64,000 nucleotides of DNA from Acanthaster planci (taxonomy: Eukaryota), in assembly GCF_001949145.1 (NCBI RefSeq), contig NW_019091356.1, positions 1,801,667 through 1,865,666 on the forward strand, read 5' to 3'. The notes under the pieces were generated by a model that had not been told where the DNA came from, searched no databases, and saw only the letters and a list, made by a program, of their open reading frames with translations. This document shows, piece by piece, positions 15,001 to 31,941 of the stretch (positions within the stretch are counted from its first letter, which is position 1; every line of letters starts with the position of its first letter). The position numbers and the translations under genes were made by a program.

Positions 15001-15209
15001 ACATACATTAGTACAACACAAAAACCCAGTAGAAAAAAAATATTCATTTCAAGGGGGTGACCGAGTGAAGGTGCTCGAAAAAACACATCTCCAAACCAGC
15101 CAAAATATAAAATATACACATTCTCGCTTAACACTCACCAGAGCCCTGGGCAACAAACACAGAAATCTGTCTTGAGATGCATACCAGTGGGGGAGGGGGG
15201 GAATATTCA

Positions 15210-18714
<3,505 letters not shown>

Positions 18715-18975
18715 TTTCAAGAAAAATAATCTTTAGCTCATTTTAGAAGACAAAATATTTCACGGTCACATCGCAGTAACGCCATTCCCGAAATAATAAA
18801 CTGACCGGTATACGCGTTGTACGTAAACGGACGTCCACACGTACGTAAGTACAATGCATGCCGGTCGATAAGAACAAGCTGGTTCCTACAAAATCAAACA
18901 CGGAATAAAACAATACTTCTCCCAGGATACCAATGACATTTTAGTCACTAATAACGATCACAAGAGGGCGCTGTG
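18715..18975 (-). promoter_or_regulatory. Putative GPATCH8 promoter/5' region
   Basis: CpG-rich stretch directly upstream of the ATG. YY1-like AAAATGGC overlaps the start codon, several palindromes are present (ACGTACGT, GCATGC), and a CTCF-like TCACAAGAGGGCGCTG lies at 18958-18973. Confidence 0.5.
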
Positions 18976-19445
18976 TTCTAATTCAAGCCCCCTTGAAAAG
19001 AGTGTAAAATCAACAAAGTTTTATAGGGCTAAGTAACAGTGCAAGACGATATTGTTGCAGTATCCAAGTAATTTATTGTCAAGTCCTTAATCCTTCCATT
19101 TCTATTCAGTTGGTTGGGTGGGGGGATGCCATTTTAAAAACTTCACAGAAAACAAACTCACCCCCCGAAAAGGGAGTACACGTTCATGTATAATATAAGC
19201 CGGGCTCAATTAACGGAAACGGGTCAAGTCGTCCCCGGGTCAATTTGTCCTCGAGTCAAGTCGTCCCCCAAAATTGAAACCCTGGGTCAAGTTAGATTGG
19301 ATTTTACAAGTGCTGTCGGTGCATGTAATTTTCTTTTTAGGTGCATCACCAGAGAAAGAAAAACCCAAGACTGAGACTCGCACACGTACTCACAATTTTC
19401 ATTCTTTTCCTACCTCCAAGGTTCTACGCAACCAGCTGCTTCAAA

Positions 19446-19685
19446 CCAGTTCCATAGAGCTGCTTAAGCACAAAATCTGCTTAAGAGGGAAAAAACTTTG
19501 CTTAATAAACAAAGGTTACCAGCTCAAACTCTAACTGAGTGTCATGCTAACCAAAAAAAAACAGCTTAATACAATCCCAAAACAATATACATGGAGTTTT
19601 AGCTGGTTACCTGATTTATCAAGTAAGGTTTCTTCGCGCTTAAGTATTTTGTGCTAATCAGCAGCTCTATGAAATTGGCCCTGGG
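19446..19685. mobile_element. MITE, 'ggccaatttcatagagctgcttaagc' TIR family
   Basis: Imperfect inverted termini (ccagttccatagagctgcttaagcacaaaat ... attttgtgctaatcagcagctctatgaaattggcc). Similar to the element at 55824-56104. Confidence 0.7.
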
Positions 19686-20964
19686 CGGCTTTTGAAATCT
19701 ACGGTGACCAATGCATGCCACATATATTTATTAAAGGAGTGATTCCTGGTGCGCACTAATGTAACAGCACTTAGGCCTATTCTTTGAATTGTCAAAGCAG
19801 TTTGAATATCTTTAAATTTCAAATCTTCCAGAAGTCATAATATAAATTTTAGTTGTACAATTATTTTATGGGACACCACTAGCTGATTTTTATTATTTTT
19901 TTCTATTAAAGAAATAACTGGCGGTTAGAAGTAACAACAGGGCCGTTCAAAGATACAAAAACCCTTAATTTCCCATAAACTTACTCTGCATCACAGCAGC
20001 AATCTTATTGAAACCTTCTAATCAATTAACACTAACTGCAGTTGTCTACAACAAACCTGATTTGCAGGGAAGGAATTTTTTATCAGTCACGTTCCCTGAA
20101 CCTATTTTATTCATCGTAACCTGTCAAATGGGTGTTCTATTCTTCGGTTTCATTTATTTTTTAAAAATCTTGCTTAAACATTGGGATATATAAATTTTAT
20201 ATATTATTATATATTATATTATATTATATATATTTATTATGTATTATTCGCCATCGAGAATGGAAGTTGATTTATCTATGAACTTTATTCTTTTGGGGCG
20301 TCATGCATTTTTAGTTTTATAGGTTCCCCAAATGAAAAGGTAAAATTCGCTGAATTTCGATTCAACATGGCCGACTTGTAAATACTGTCACTGAGAAGTT
20401 CGCTTAGAAATTATAGTCTGTATTATTTAAGGCACGTGGTAATGGTTGCCAGTCCTTAAAAATACCCAGCCCAATTGGATTCTTCACTCTCGTAACGTTT
20501 GAGAAGCACGCTCCTCCCCGAGACATAGACACTGGCTGCCATGCATTGCGTTGGGTACAAATATCTCCCTCTTATTGAGGGAATATGCTCCTTGCAAAAA
20601 GCCGCGTTTGCTGATGAGAAGGCTGGAGAAAGGACACATCGCTGCCCGTGGCCGTGCGCATACACGTGTTAGTAACTGTATACATGCACTGCAAATGGTT
20701 GAAAGAGTATTTGAACTAGGCCCCTATATACAGTACATGCATAAAGTTTTCATAGTCCTAATTTTATGGAGTTCTATTTTTTTCTTTTGTCTTTTTTGAT
20801 GGTCACGCTGAATTGCTGGACCGTATCCGTATGGCTTTGAAATTAATTCAATACACTTCCTGCCATGGATATCGGTCACCGGCATTATGTTTTTAGACTT
20901 TGCGACCGCTTCAGCCCCTTGCAATTATATCTCCAAGCATCAACCCGGGAGAAAATAAGCCAGC

Positions 20965-23900
20965 ATGAATAAAGTCTTGAAGTCAAAACTTAAATTCTTG
21001 GTGTCGCTGAAAGTGAAGCACTCGAAAGGCGGCAACCGATCCATCTGTAACCGGCTGGCCATGGAACACTTTGACAAACTGACCTGTCGTCCCCAGGATA
21101 GCGTGCTGTATGTCGGGTGTGGAGCTGGAGAGGAAGCCGTCATTCTGGCCACTAGGGTACGGGATGTTGTGGGTGAGCTCTTGGCTATTTGGATACCAGT
21201 TATCAATATCTTCAACGGTTCATTACTAGGCAAACTGCTTTCGCAAATTCGCATATAGGCCACATGTGCATTCATGTATTCATTTGCATGCACATGTGTA
21301 TTCATGTCGGTATAGACATCTACAGACCCTATCTAAAGCCAGCTCACCGGGCGAAGCACTCCGCAGCAGCAAACTAACAAACTCAACGGTGGGGGGGGGG
21401 CGGATATCGCGGAATTTTAAAGTAACCTGATGAAGTTCACCACCTTTCTTCTTCCTTTTTGTCGTTCTCTTGCTCTTTAAATTCTTCATTGTGCTTTTAG
21501 GGACTCCTTCATGACGTCTATGATTGATCCGATGGAGAGGTGACATTATTTAAATAGCGTATTTGTGAGGTTATTCATAAGCAAATCACACTTGTTCACA
21601 AATAAAAAGTTATGTTCGGCTCGTGCAATTGAATAAAATATTTTTCATCCCCGTATGAAATAATGAAATGGTACTGGATTGCACTTTGACCTAATTTGCA
21701 CCAAGATTGGGTCAACTGCATGAAGGGACACAGCTTGACTGATTCGGGGGTACGATCAAGGTCGCGTCGAAACTACTAGGCTGTGGCTTACAATAATATT
21801 GCACACGGGAACAAGAATGGAAGTATGCTGACCACTAATTCAAGTGAGAATTTCTGGCCAGCTTATTAGCATTAAAAGTGCCCCCCCCCCGTTTCTTTTG
21901 AAAAGGGAGATTGTTTGGCCCCCACAATGGTGAGATTGTGTAAATCGTTGCCAGGATCGACTCCCTGGGTCTTTGAGCTTTGATGTGAGAGCAGAATGGC
22001 TAAACACTACGGTTGAAAAATGGTCCTGAGTGCCCGAGAAAGTTGAGGGTTGCCACAGAAATGGTAATCAGACTTCGGAAATATCACTTTTCGGGGGGTG
22101 ATTTTGTTTTGTGGGAATAATTAAAAATGTAATTAGTTAACCCACAAAAAATTAGAAAGCAGACAGTAATTTCATTTGTATTTCAGAAATCTCAGGGATG
22201 CTGGCATGCATGATATTGGGTATGGGCCCAGTGCTGATTTTACACTGTTTTCAAAGGGGCTTGAATAAGTGGACTGTACCCGGAAGCAACCTCCCCAAGT
22301 TCCGCGGGATATTGCAAACCCCACCGAGTCTCAGTGAAGCCAGCAGGGTGGATATTGTGGCTGAGGGTCTGATTCCGTTCCTCGATCAAATTTCACTTAA
22401 AAGCTGCTTCCTACGCACACTCTTTTTTCCCAATATTTATTCCCTCTTTCGTTTGTCTTCTCTTCAAGTATGACGAACAGAATTAAACATATAGGCCTAT
22501 AGCGTGTCCAGTGTGAAAGAAAATTTTGCTAAAGAGTGCAGTTTCTATCACACTTCCTTGACTTAAAGTGTCATTCTTGCTGGAGATAGTAGTCCCCGGT
22601 TGCCACCGTTAGTATTAGTTCTAGTCTAGGCCTATTATGTCTTCTGGGTAAAGAACACCAGGAGGTTGCCAATATTTAACTCCTTTAAACGAGTCCTGGC
22701 AATTTTCACATCGTTTGCACCACCATTTTAACTGAGAAACGTTTGTAGCGTGTTTCAATTTTGTTAATGGCACTATGTTGTTAGTCTATGATAGTGTCGC
22801 TGTTATAGCTTTCCACACAGTTAGTGCTTAACGATGCATCATTAATGACGCTCCATTTTGGTACTAAGCTTTTGATATTCTCACATTTTGTGCTGAAGCA
22901 GGTATTGACGTCGATTCTGCTATCCTAGAGATCGCCAAGCGGGATTTTCCTGCTGACAACGTAGAGTACGTGCTGGACGATCTTGGGGATGCCAGCCCCA
23001 ACCTCCCCAAGTGGACAGGTGCCTTCGACAAAGTGGTGAGCATCGGCCGCGCCATGTTTTTCCCTAAGATGGCTACGGTGCTGCGCAACATGGTAGGCTG
23101 CCTCAAGCCCGGGGGCGAGATGTTGGCCATTATTCCAAACGACGATTTCAATTTCTTCGACGGAGCAGCCACGATAATCGAGGAGCATCCGGAATGGGGA
23201 CAGTCACTTAAGGTATATGCAACGACACATCATTTCTGACGGATGATTTTCGCTTGACCTCAATGTTGCTGATTAAGTTTTACGAAGGCCCAAGGCGCCA
23301 GAGCTCAGTATGCCCTGTCCAGCTTCACGGGTACCAGCACCAGTTTAATGTAGCTGGTAACAGGGACTGAAGTGCTGATTTGTACGTAGCAGCAATGGCT
23401 TATTTGGAGCTTTCTTCAAATCGAAAATAGAGAGAAAGACGCTCTCTTTTCAATGGCCCTTGATTTTCTATAGGCCCTAGAAACAGCGCATGCTGTGCCC
23501 ATTGGATAAGCTGGCCGTAAGTTTGAGCACAGTTTGTCATCCGTTCCAATTCGAACGTATCAATATTCCATAGGGTAAGCCTACACCGTACGCATGCTAG
23601 TATTAAAATTTTACGACTTTTTCTTCTTTGAATTATTAAACAGAGTTTGGTTTGCCTGCTTATTAAAATACCATTTTTGTATCGTAAGCTTCAATCACAA
23701 AGCTATGCTCCGAAAACACTAAAAATTGTCAATTGGGAATAGATTTAAAAAATTGTTGTTCGGTTTGATTTTGCATTATTCCTTTTGATCAAAACCTACT
23801 AGTCGATCTCATTGATTGTTGGGTGTTGTTTTTTAACAATACAAAACAGGAGAGGAATGTGACGCTGTGGCACAAGACCGAAGGAGAGGCAGAGGGGTTA

Positions 23901-24456
23901 ATGAGAGAGATTTGCGAATGGTCTCAACTCTCATGCAAAACTCAGCGGCTCAATTTTGGCTTGAGCGAAGAGAAAGCAAAATGTAAGTGGAGTGTACACC
24001 CATAGTCACGGAGTTAAAGCATTTAGAGAAATATTTTCATAAATCCGAGAACCTTACGTTTTACATTAATAAGCGACCATTTTACAATTTGCTGCCCTGG
24101 GTGGTCAGTCCATGCAGACTTAGTCACTGGCGTTTCCGTTTTGGGGCAAACGAGACATTTAAGAGCAAAACACGCGTGTCACCTGTCTACGAGCATTCGT
24201 TGCTGTGAACCTATTTCTGCCATGGTGAATTGAATCACATTTTAGGCTTGCCTGTTCCTGTTTTTTTTTTAAATCTCACTGAACAGTGGTATGGTTGGAT
24301 AGTCTAGAGGCCGTGGAGCAAGTTGGCGAGTCTAACCAGACGGCGTGCCTCGAGGCAATGTGGCAATGGGCTCGGGCCGAGTATGAGAGCAATGAACACG
24401 GCATACTCAACAAACCTTCGGAATATATGGTGGTTTATGGAATCAAGAAGAACTAG
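20965..24456 (+). CDS. Class I SAM-dependent methyltransferase, JHAMT-like, copy 1 (273 aa, 4 exons)
   Basis: Exons 20965-21172, 22902-23212, 23850-23982 and 24287-24456 (822 nt, phases 1/0/1, GT-AG) form an open frame ending in TAG. Motifs VLYVGCGAG, GIDVD, FDKVVS and LKPGG are typical of Rossmann methyltransferases. Confidence 0.88.
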
Positions 24457-24933
24457 TGGCGAGTCTAGCCGACGAAGACACAACCGATCAAGTCCAAAAC
24501 CAATCATATAAAACGTTCATTTTTGTTCGCTTGAAATGAAACCATTAACAATGTTCAAAACTCAAAACGTCTGTAAATTTTGGGCAAGCTGGGCTGAAAA
24601 CAGGTAACAAAAGAAATTACCAAGCCTTTGCATTCCAAAGAAATCTTGGTGATGAATATTTGAAATATCGATTTTTTTCTCAACTGTACTTTTTATAATA
24701 GCATTTCAGAAATGATATGGTATTCATCACCTGGGCATTTTTTTTTTAAATTCTTGTATTCTCATTAAATATTGTAAAACTACAGATTACAGGGCGAGTG
24801 GGGTTTTGTGAATTTTAATGGGCTGTTAGATCTTTATCGGGGTAACCCGGGTCCCATTAATGAAATTAAGCTGATTTGTTGGGGTAAAATGTATGAATTT
24901 TGGGGTGTAAAGATTTTTGGGGTAAAAAACAGG

Positions 24934-25560
24934 TGTGATGGATGACAGATGTCCATGCAATGAACTTAGATATGAACACGTGAGCTAGTGATCACGGACA
25001 CGCTTAACACGGTTACTTTAGTCTGTCCACAAAAAGTACACAAGTGAACACAGTTTGGCCTTTAACCGTTACAAATTAACAACATGAATCAACAACGGCA
25101 ATTTGTTTATCTAATTAGATTTAAGCAATCATAACTTATCACAGAATAAAAAACAATTACCAGGATGGATGATGATAACCATGTACAGTTGTACAGGTGC
25201 ATGATTACCGATTAAATGCAATAAACCCTACTCCCTGACATGTGCTGACACCGTAGCTTCGTAAATTGTCTCTCCTTTTGTTGTATTTTCTATCACGTTA
25301 AATACTTAAGCCTATCCCGAAATACCCATAGAAAACCACAACAACCAATAAAGTAAATTCAAATGATGCATTGAATGAATTCCACATACGACTTTGGGAT
25401 GACGTGTGCACTAAAACTAAATTACACGTACATGTACATAGCGACTCCTAAAGTGTGAGCCGAAATTTCCAGATTAAATGTGCCCATTGAACAGCGCCCT
25501 CTGTTGACGAAGGCAACAAACAAATTAATATATCGATGAAAGCGCACTCTGACTTAATAT
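24934..25560 (-). mobile_element. Candidate 3' LTR of the BEL/Pao relic
   Basis: On the minus strand it follows the integrase C-terminus and a PPT-like aaggggtcggca. It begins TATTAAG (degenerate TG?) and ends ...CACA at 24934, where similarity to the copy 2 flank breaks off. No second LTR is available for confirmation. Confidence 0.4.
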
Positions 25561-25615
25561 GCCGACCCCTTAAATGTCACTGATCCACTGATTATAATAA
25601 GATGTTATCCACTGA

Positions 25616-26578
25616 TTATAAGAGACACAACTTCTGCACTGGCCTAGTCATAATTGATGACCTGGTTTTGACTTTGACCACTCTTAAGCTAATCCTTCCC
25701 TGGGTAAGTTTCAAGAACACGCCCAAGAAGCCATATTTGTTCCTAGGGAGGTCATTGTCGACAATAAGTACCAAGTCGCCAACCGTGATGTTCCTTTTTG
25801 GGTTCCATCTGGAGTGTTGGGAGATATTCCTGGATCCATTTTCTCCAAAATACATCAGGTACTGTGCTTGCTTCCATTTTCTCCGAACATACATACCTTT
25901 CTCCTCGAATTCGCCAAGTGAATACGATGTACCACGAAGAAGTAGGCCTAATAAGTGATTTGGCGTGAGTGGCTCCGCTCCAAGTCGTTGATGTCACTGA
26001 AACGGTGGTTATTGGCCTATTGTTTATGATAGACTCAACTAGACCCATTACAGTTGACAAGGTTTCATCACTCACTACCTGCTCTCTCATCTGTGTACTC
26101 AGCAGCCTACGTGTCGACCTTATTCGTCTTTCCCAGACACCTCCCATATGGGAAGCGGTGGGGGGGGGTTGAACTTCCACTGGATTCCCTTCTTTAGAAG
26201 GAACTTGTCAACCTTCCTTTTATGTAGCTCTCTCCCGGCTTCCTTGAGCTCACGCTCCGCCCCAATGAAGTTAGAACCATGGTCTGATCTCAGCTCTATT
26301 GGTTGTCCTCGTCGGCTGATAAGTCTCTGCATGCCGTTTATGAAGGAATCAGTGTCCAATGTGTTCAGAATCTCAACATGCTCTGCACGTGATGGTAGAC
26401 ATGACTGTGAAGATGCATCCATATCGTTTGATTTGGTTCCTAACCTGTTTCACCAGGAATGGCCCAAAACAATCGAGTCCGACAAATGAAAATGGTGGTC
26501 TGTCCGGGGTAAACCTGTCAGGTGGCAGGTCTGCCATCTTTTGCTGTGTTGGAACTGCAGGTTTTCGTTTACGCTCGA
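25616..26578 (-). mobile_element. Degenerate BEL/Pao LTR-retrotransposon pol fragment (integrase core and C-terminal domain)
   Basis: Overlapping frameshifted minus ORFs give QQKMADLPPDRFTPDRPPFSFVGLDCFGPF, LDTDSFINGMQRLISRRGQPIELRSDHGSNFIGAEREL, WKFNPP..ASHMGGVWERRIRS, FWRKWIQEYLPTLQ and VGDLVLIVDNDLPR...TRPVQKLCLL, all hallmark Pao integrase motifs. Confidence 0.92.
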
Positions 26579-27573
26579 AACTTACCCTGCATCTCAGCAG
26601 CAATCTTCTTGAAACTTTCTAATCAATTGACACTATCTACAGTTGTCTACAACAAACCTGATTCGCAGGGAAAGACTTTTTTATCAATCACGTTCCCTGA
26701 ACCTATTTTATTCAACGTAACCTGTCAAATGGGTTGGTGTCAGACCATTTGGTATTCCATTCTTCGGTTTCATTTATTTTTAAATGTTGCTTTAACAGTT
26801 AGATATATAAATCACAACTTTTTCACACTATCCGTCATCGTGAATGGAAGTTAATTTACCTTTGAACTTTATTCTTTTTGGGGGGTCATGCATTTTTAGT
26901 TTTATAGGTTCCCCAAATGAAAAGGTAAAACTCGCTGAATTTTGATTCAACATGGCCGACTTGTGAATACTGTCACTGAGAAGTTCGCTCAGAAATTATA
27001 GTCTGTATTATTTAAGACACATGGTAATGGTTGTCAGTCCTTAAAATACCCAGCCCAATTGGACTCCTCCGCTCTCGTAATCTTTGAGAAGCACGTGTGT
27101 TAACGCCCCTCCCCGAGACATAAAACAATGGCTAACGTAGACTGGCTGCCATGCACTGCGTTGGGTACAAAGGGTTGCATAATTGAGGGAATTTGTTCCT
27201 TTCAAAAAGCAAACGGAACTTTCCCTGGCTACGTTTGCCGCTGAGAAGGCTGGAGAAAGGACACATTGCTGCCCGTGGCCGTGCGCATACACGTGTTAGT
27301 AACTGTATACATGCACTGCAAATGGTTGAAAGAGTATTTGAACTAGGCCCCTATATACAGTACATGCATATAGTTTTCATAGTCCTGATTTTATGGGTTT
27401 TTTGTTGTTGGTCACGCTGAATCGCTGGACCGTGTCCGCATGGCCTTTGAAATTAATTCAGTACACTTCCTGCCATGGATATTGGTAACCGACATTATAT
27501 TTTAGACTTTGCGACGTCATCAGTCCCTTGTAATTTTACCTCCAAACACCAACCGGGAAGAAAATAAGTCGGC

Positions 27574-30500
27574 ATGGATAAAGTCTTGAAGTCAAAACTG
27601 AAGTTCGTGGTGTCGCTGAAGGTAAGGCACTCGAAAGGCGGCAACCGATCCATCTGTAACCGGCTGGCCATGGACCACTTTGACAAACTGACCTGTCGTC
27701 CCCAGGAGAGCGTGCTGTATGTCGGGTGTGGAGCTGGAGAGGAAGTCGTCATTCTGGCCACTAGGGTACGGGATGTTGTGGGTAAGCACTTGGCTATTTG
27801 GATACCAGCCATCAATATCTTCTACGGTTCATTACTAGGCAAACTGCTTTCGCAAATTCGCATGTAGGCCTACATGTGTATTCATGTATTTATTCGCATG
27901 TACATGTGTATTCATGTTTCATTTGCATGCACATGTGTATTCATGTTTCATTTGCATGACATGTGTATTCATATTTTATTTGCATGTACATGTGCATTCA
28001 TTCATTCATTTGCATGTACATGTGTATAGATGTCTGTATAGACACTACAGACCCCATCTAAAGCCAGCTCACCAGGCAAAGCACTCCGCCGAAGCAAACA
28101 ACCAACTCAACGGTGGGGGGGTTGGATATCGCGTTATATTCAAGTAACCTGATTAAATTCACCACCTCTCTTCCTACTTTTTTGTCGTTCTCTTGCTCTT
28201 TAAATTCTTCATTTTGCTTTTAGGGACTCTTTCATGACGCCTATGATTGATCAACTATCCGATGGGGAGGTGGCATGTTTTAATCAAAATAGTGTATTTG
28301 TGAGATTATTAATAAGCAAATCGCATTTGTTCACAAATAAAAAGTTACGTTCGGCTCATGTAATGGAATAAAAAAAATTTCATCCCCATATGAAATAATG
28401 AAATGGAACTGGTTTGGACTATCACCTAATTTGCACCAAGATTGCGTCAATTGCATAAATTGTTAGTGTGAGGGACACAACTAGATTTGGACTCGAGGTA
28501 CGAAGAAGGTCACGTCTAAACTACTAGGCTGTGGCTTACAATAATACTGCACACGACCCGAAGGGGAGTGGCTAGGCCCAGCTACTGACACGTGCGTGGT
28601 TCCAAGCCTCAGCCAACAGATTTGGCGATCCGGTTCGTGCGATTATGCTCCCTCGGTGCAATGGAACAAGAATGGAAGCAACCGCCCCAAGTTCCGTGGG
28701 ATACTGAAAACCCTACCAAGTATTAAAGTGCCATTGTTGCTGGAGATATATAGTTCCCACCGTTGGTATCAGTTCTAGGCCTACTATGCCTTCTGGGTAA
28801 ATAACACCAAAAGGTTGCCAATATTTACCTCCTTTAAACGAGTCCTGGCAATTTTCATATCGTTTGTACAACCATTTTAACTGAGAAACGTTTGTAGCGT
28901 GTTTCTCTTCCTGGATCGCAGGTTAAATTTGTTAATGGCAATATGTTGTTACTCCATGATCGTGTCGCTGTTATAACTTTCCACACAGTTAGTGCTCAAC
29001 GATGCATCATTAATGACGCCCCATTTTGGTACTAAGCTTTTGATATTCTCACATTTTGTGCTGAAGCAGGTATTGACGTCGATTCTGCTATCCTAGAGAT
29101 CGCCAAGCGGGATTTTCCTGCTGACAACGTGGATTACAAGCTGGACGACCTTGGGGATGCCAGCCCCAACCTCCTCAAGTGGACAGGTGCCTTCGACAAA
29201 GTGGTGAGCATCGACCGCGCCATGTTTTTCCCTAAGATGGACACGGTGCTGCGCAACATGGTGGGCTGCCTCAAGCCCGGGGGCGAGATGTTGGCCATCA
29301 TTTCCAACAACGACTTCAATTTCTTCGACGGAGCAGCCACGATAATCGAGGAGCATCCGGAATGGGGACAGTCAAATAAGGTACAGTGGCAATGACATAC
29401 TATTTCTGCTTGATTAGGTTTTGCGAAGGCCGCAAGGCGCCAGAGCTAATAAGCATGGCCTGCTCAACTCCACGGGTACCAGCACCCACCTGGTAACGGG
29501 ATGAAGGGCTCATCTGTCCGTAGCAGCAACAACTTTCTCAGGATCGAAAATAGAGAGAAAGACGCTCTCTTTTCATTGGCCCTTGATTTTCTATAGGCCC
29601 TAGGAACAGTGCATGCTGTGCCCATTGGAAAAGCTGGCCGTAAGTTTGAGCACAGTTTGTCATCCGTTCCAATTCGAGCGTAACAATATTCCATATTGTA
29701 AGCCTACACCGTACGCATGCTGGTATCAAAATTTTACGACGTTTTCTTCTTTGAATTATTTATACAGAGGTTGGTTTGTCTGTTAATTAAAGTACCATTT
29801 TTTTCGTTAGCTTCAACCACAAAGTTATGCTCCGAAAACACTACAAATTGTCGATGTGGGAATAGGTTGTAAAAATTGTTGTTCGGTGTTGTTATCAAAC
29901 TATTCCATTTGTCTCGATTTTGCATTGTTCTGTCCGAGCAAAACCTACTTGTCGATACACGTTGGTCGTTGGGTGTTATTTATTACGAATATACAAAACA
30001 GGAGAGGAATGTGACGCTGTGGCACAAGACCGAAGGAGAGGCAGAGGGGTTTATGAGAGAGATTTGCGAATGGTCTCAACTCTCATGCAAAACTCAGCGG
30101 CTCAATTTTGGCTTGAGCGAAGAGAAAGCAAAATGTAAGTGGAGTGTACACCCATAGTCACGGAGTTAAAGCATTTAGAGAAACATTTTCATAAATCCGA
30201 GAACCTTACGTTTTACATTTATAAGCGACCATTTTACAATTTGCTGCCCTGGGTGGTCGGTCCATGCAGACTTAGTCACTGGCGTTTGCGTTTTGGGGCA
30301 AACGAGACATTTAAGAGCAAAACACGCGTGCCACCTGTCTACGAGCATTCGTTGCTGTAAACCAATATCTGCCGTGGTGAATTGAATCATGGAGCTATAA
30401 AACACCTTTTTTTCTTGCCTATACCTGTTCTTTTTCTTCTTTTTTTTTAATCTCACTGAACAGTGGTATGGACGGATGGTCTTGAGGCCGTGGAGCAAGT

Positions 30501-30633
30501 TGGCGAGTCTAACCAGACGGCGTGCCTCGAGGCAATGTGGCAATGGGCTCGGGCCGAGTACGGATGCAACGAAGACGGCACACTCAAGAAACCTTCAGAA
30601 TTCATGGTGGTTTATGGAATCAAGAAGAACTAG
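27574..30633 (+). CDS. Class I SAM-dependent methyltransferase, JHAMT-like, copy 2 (273 aa, 4 exons)
   Basis: Exons 27574-27781, 29070-29380, 30002-30134 and 30464-30633 have the same sizes and phases as copy 1, with an open frame ending in TAG. Confidence 0.88.
27871..28026. repeat. ~29-30-bp minisatellite (acatgtgtattcatgtttcatttgcatg) x~5
   Basis: Visible tandem units in copy 2 intron 1. The homologous site in copy 1 (21261-21307) has only ~1.5 units. Confidence 0.8.
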
Positions 30634-31941
30634 TGGCGAGTCTAGCCGACGAAGACATAACCGATCAAGTCCAAAACCAATCATATAAAAAGTTCATTTA
30701 TGTTCGCTTGAAATGTAACCATTAACAAAGTTCCAAACTCAAAACTTATGTACATTTTCGGCAAGCTGGGCTGAAAACAGGCAACAAAAGAAATTTACCA
30801 AGCCTATGGATTACAAAGAAATCTTGGTGACGAAATAAATATTTAAATTATCGAATTTTTGTCAATTGTACTTTTTATAATAGCATATTTCAGAAATGAT
30901 CTTGTATTCATGACCTGGGCAATATTTTTTTAAAAATTCTTGTATTCTCATTAAATATTGTAAAACGACAGAGCAGGGCGAGTGGGGTTTTGTGAATTTT
31001 AATGGGCTGTTAGATCTTTATCGGGGTAACCCGGGTCCCATTAATGAAATTAAGCTGATTTGTTGGGGTAAAATGTATGAATTTTGGGGTGTAACAAAAA
31101 TTGTTTTGGTAAAAAACATGTTAAGTAAAAATTATTCCAACGGCTTATGAATCTTTGTCAAATATAGCTTAATTGACCAATTAAATAAAAATAGAAAATG
31201 GAAAAACTTCGTTTCCATTTTTACGGAAAGCCAGCCATATTAATCATACAGAATACCTCGGCCTGTCAGTCGCCTAACGGAGGTAACGCCAACGAGTTGC
31301 TCAAAAAAGCCCACGCTTTCGAACAGATCATCAGCCGATTCTGTTGCAAAAACTGTCAAAGGCTACAGATCAGGACTTGTGGAAAAACATTGGTCTGGAC
31401 AGCAAAGTCCACTTGCATATGTATTCGAGTTTTGTAAACAAGATTTCAAGAGCCCTAAGATTTAAACCTCCCTGATGAAAGTGAACAGCATTCAGCAAAG
31501 TTCAAATATCCGTCACGCGGCAGGGGCCTCTACAGGCCTACGTAGCTGTCTACACGTGGCCCTCACTGACACTAAAGTTCATTTTGTCCCATTCTCTTGT
31601 TGCTTTTTTTCCAGCTGATCGCAGACATGGCATTTTGCTGGTTACAATACATATTCTATTCAGAGGATTGTTTTATAATACGCATCGTGACCTTGTACTG
31701 CAGAGTCTGCCAAAATCTGGATGGCATAACGCACAAATTCCTGTATTTATTCCTCCAATGAAAAACATTCAAAGGATCGAATTTTTTATGCTCCCCTATG
31801 GACGGACGGTATCGGCCTTAGTTACCCAACAAGCGTTGAAAATACATGTAGATGAACTCTTAAACAAATAAGTCCAAATGACATTCGTTGAAACTACGTA
31901 CACGTTTTCTTGCAAATAAAATTTAATTTCAGTTATTTGGC

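Larger units (their letters stand above)
26578..31098 (+). repeat. Tandem segmental duplication of ~19977-24931 (methyltransferase gene plus flanks)
   Basis: Colinear high similarity across upstream region, introns and 3' flank (aaacttacYctgcatc at both starts; ggtaaaaaaca at both ends). Confidence 0.9.

Noticed and set aside
20965..30633. Assigning the symbol JHAMT
   Set aside because: Only fold- and size-level resemblance; key motifs diverge and orthology cannot be shown without a phylogeny.
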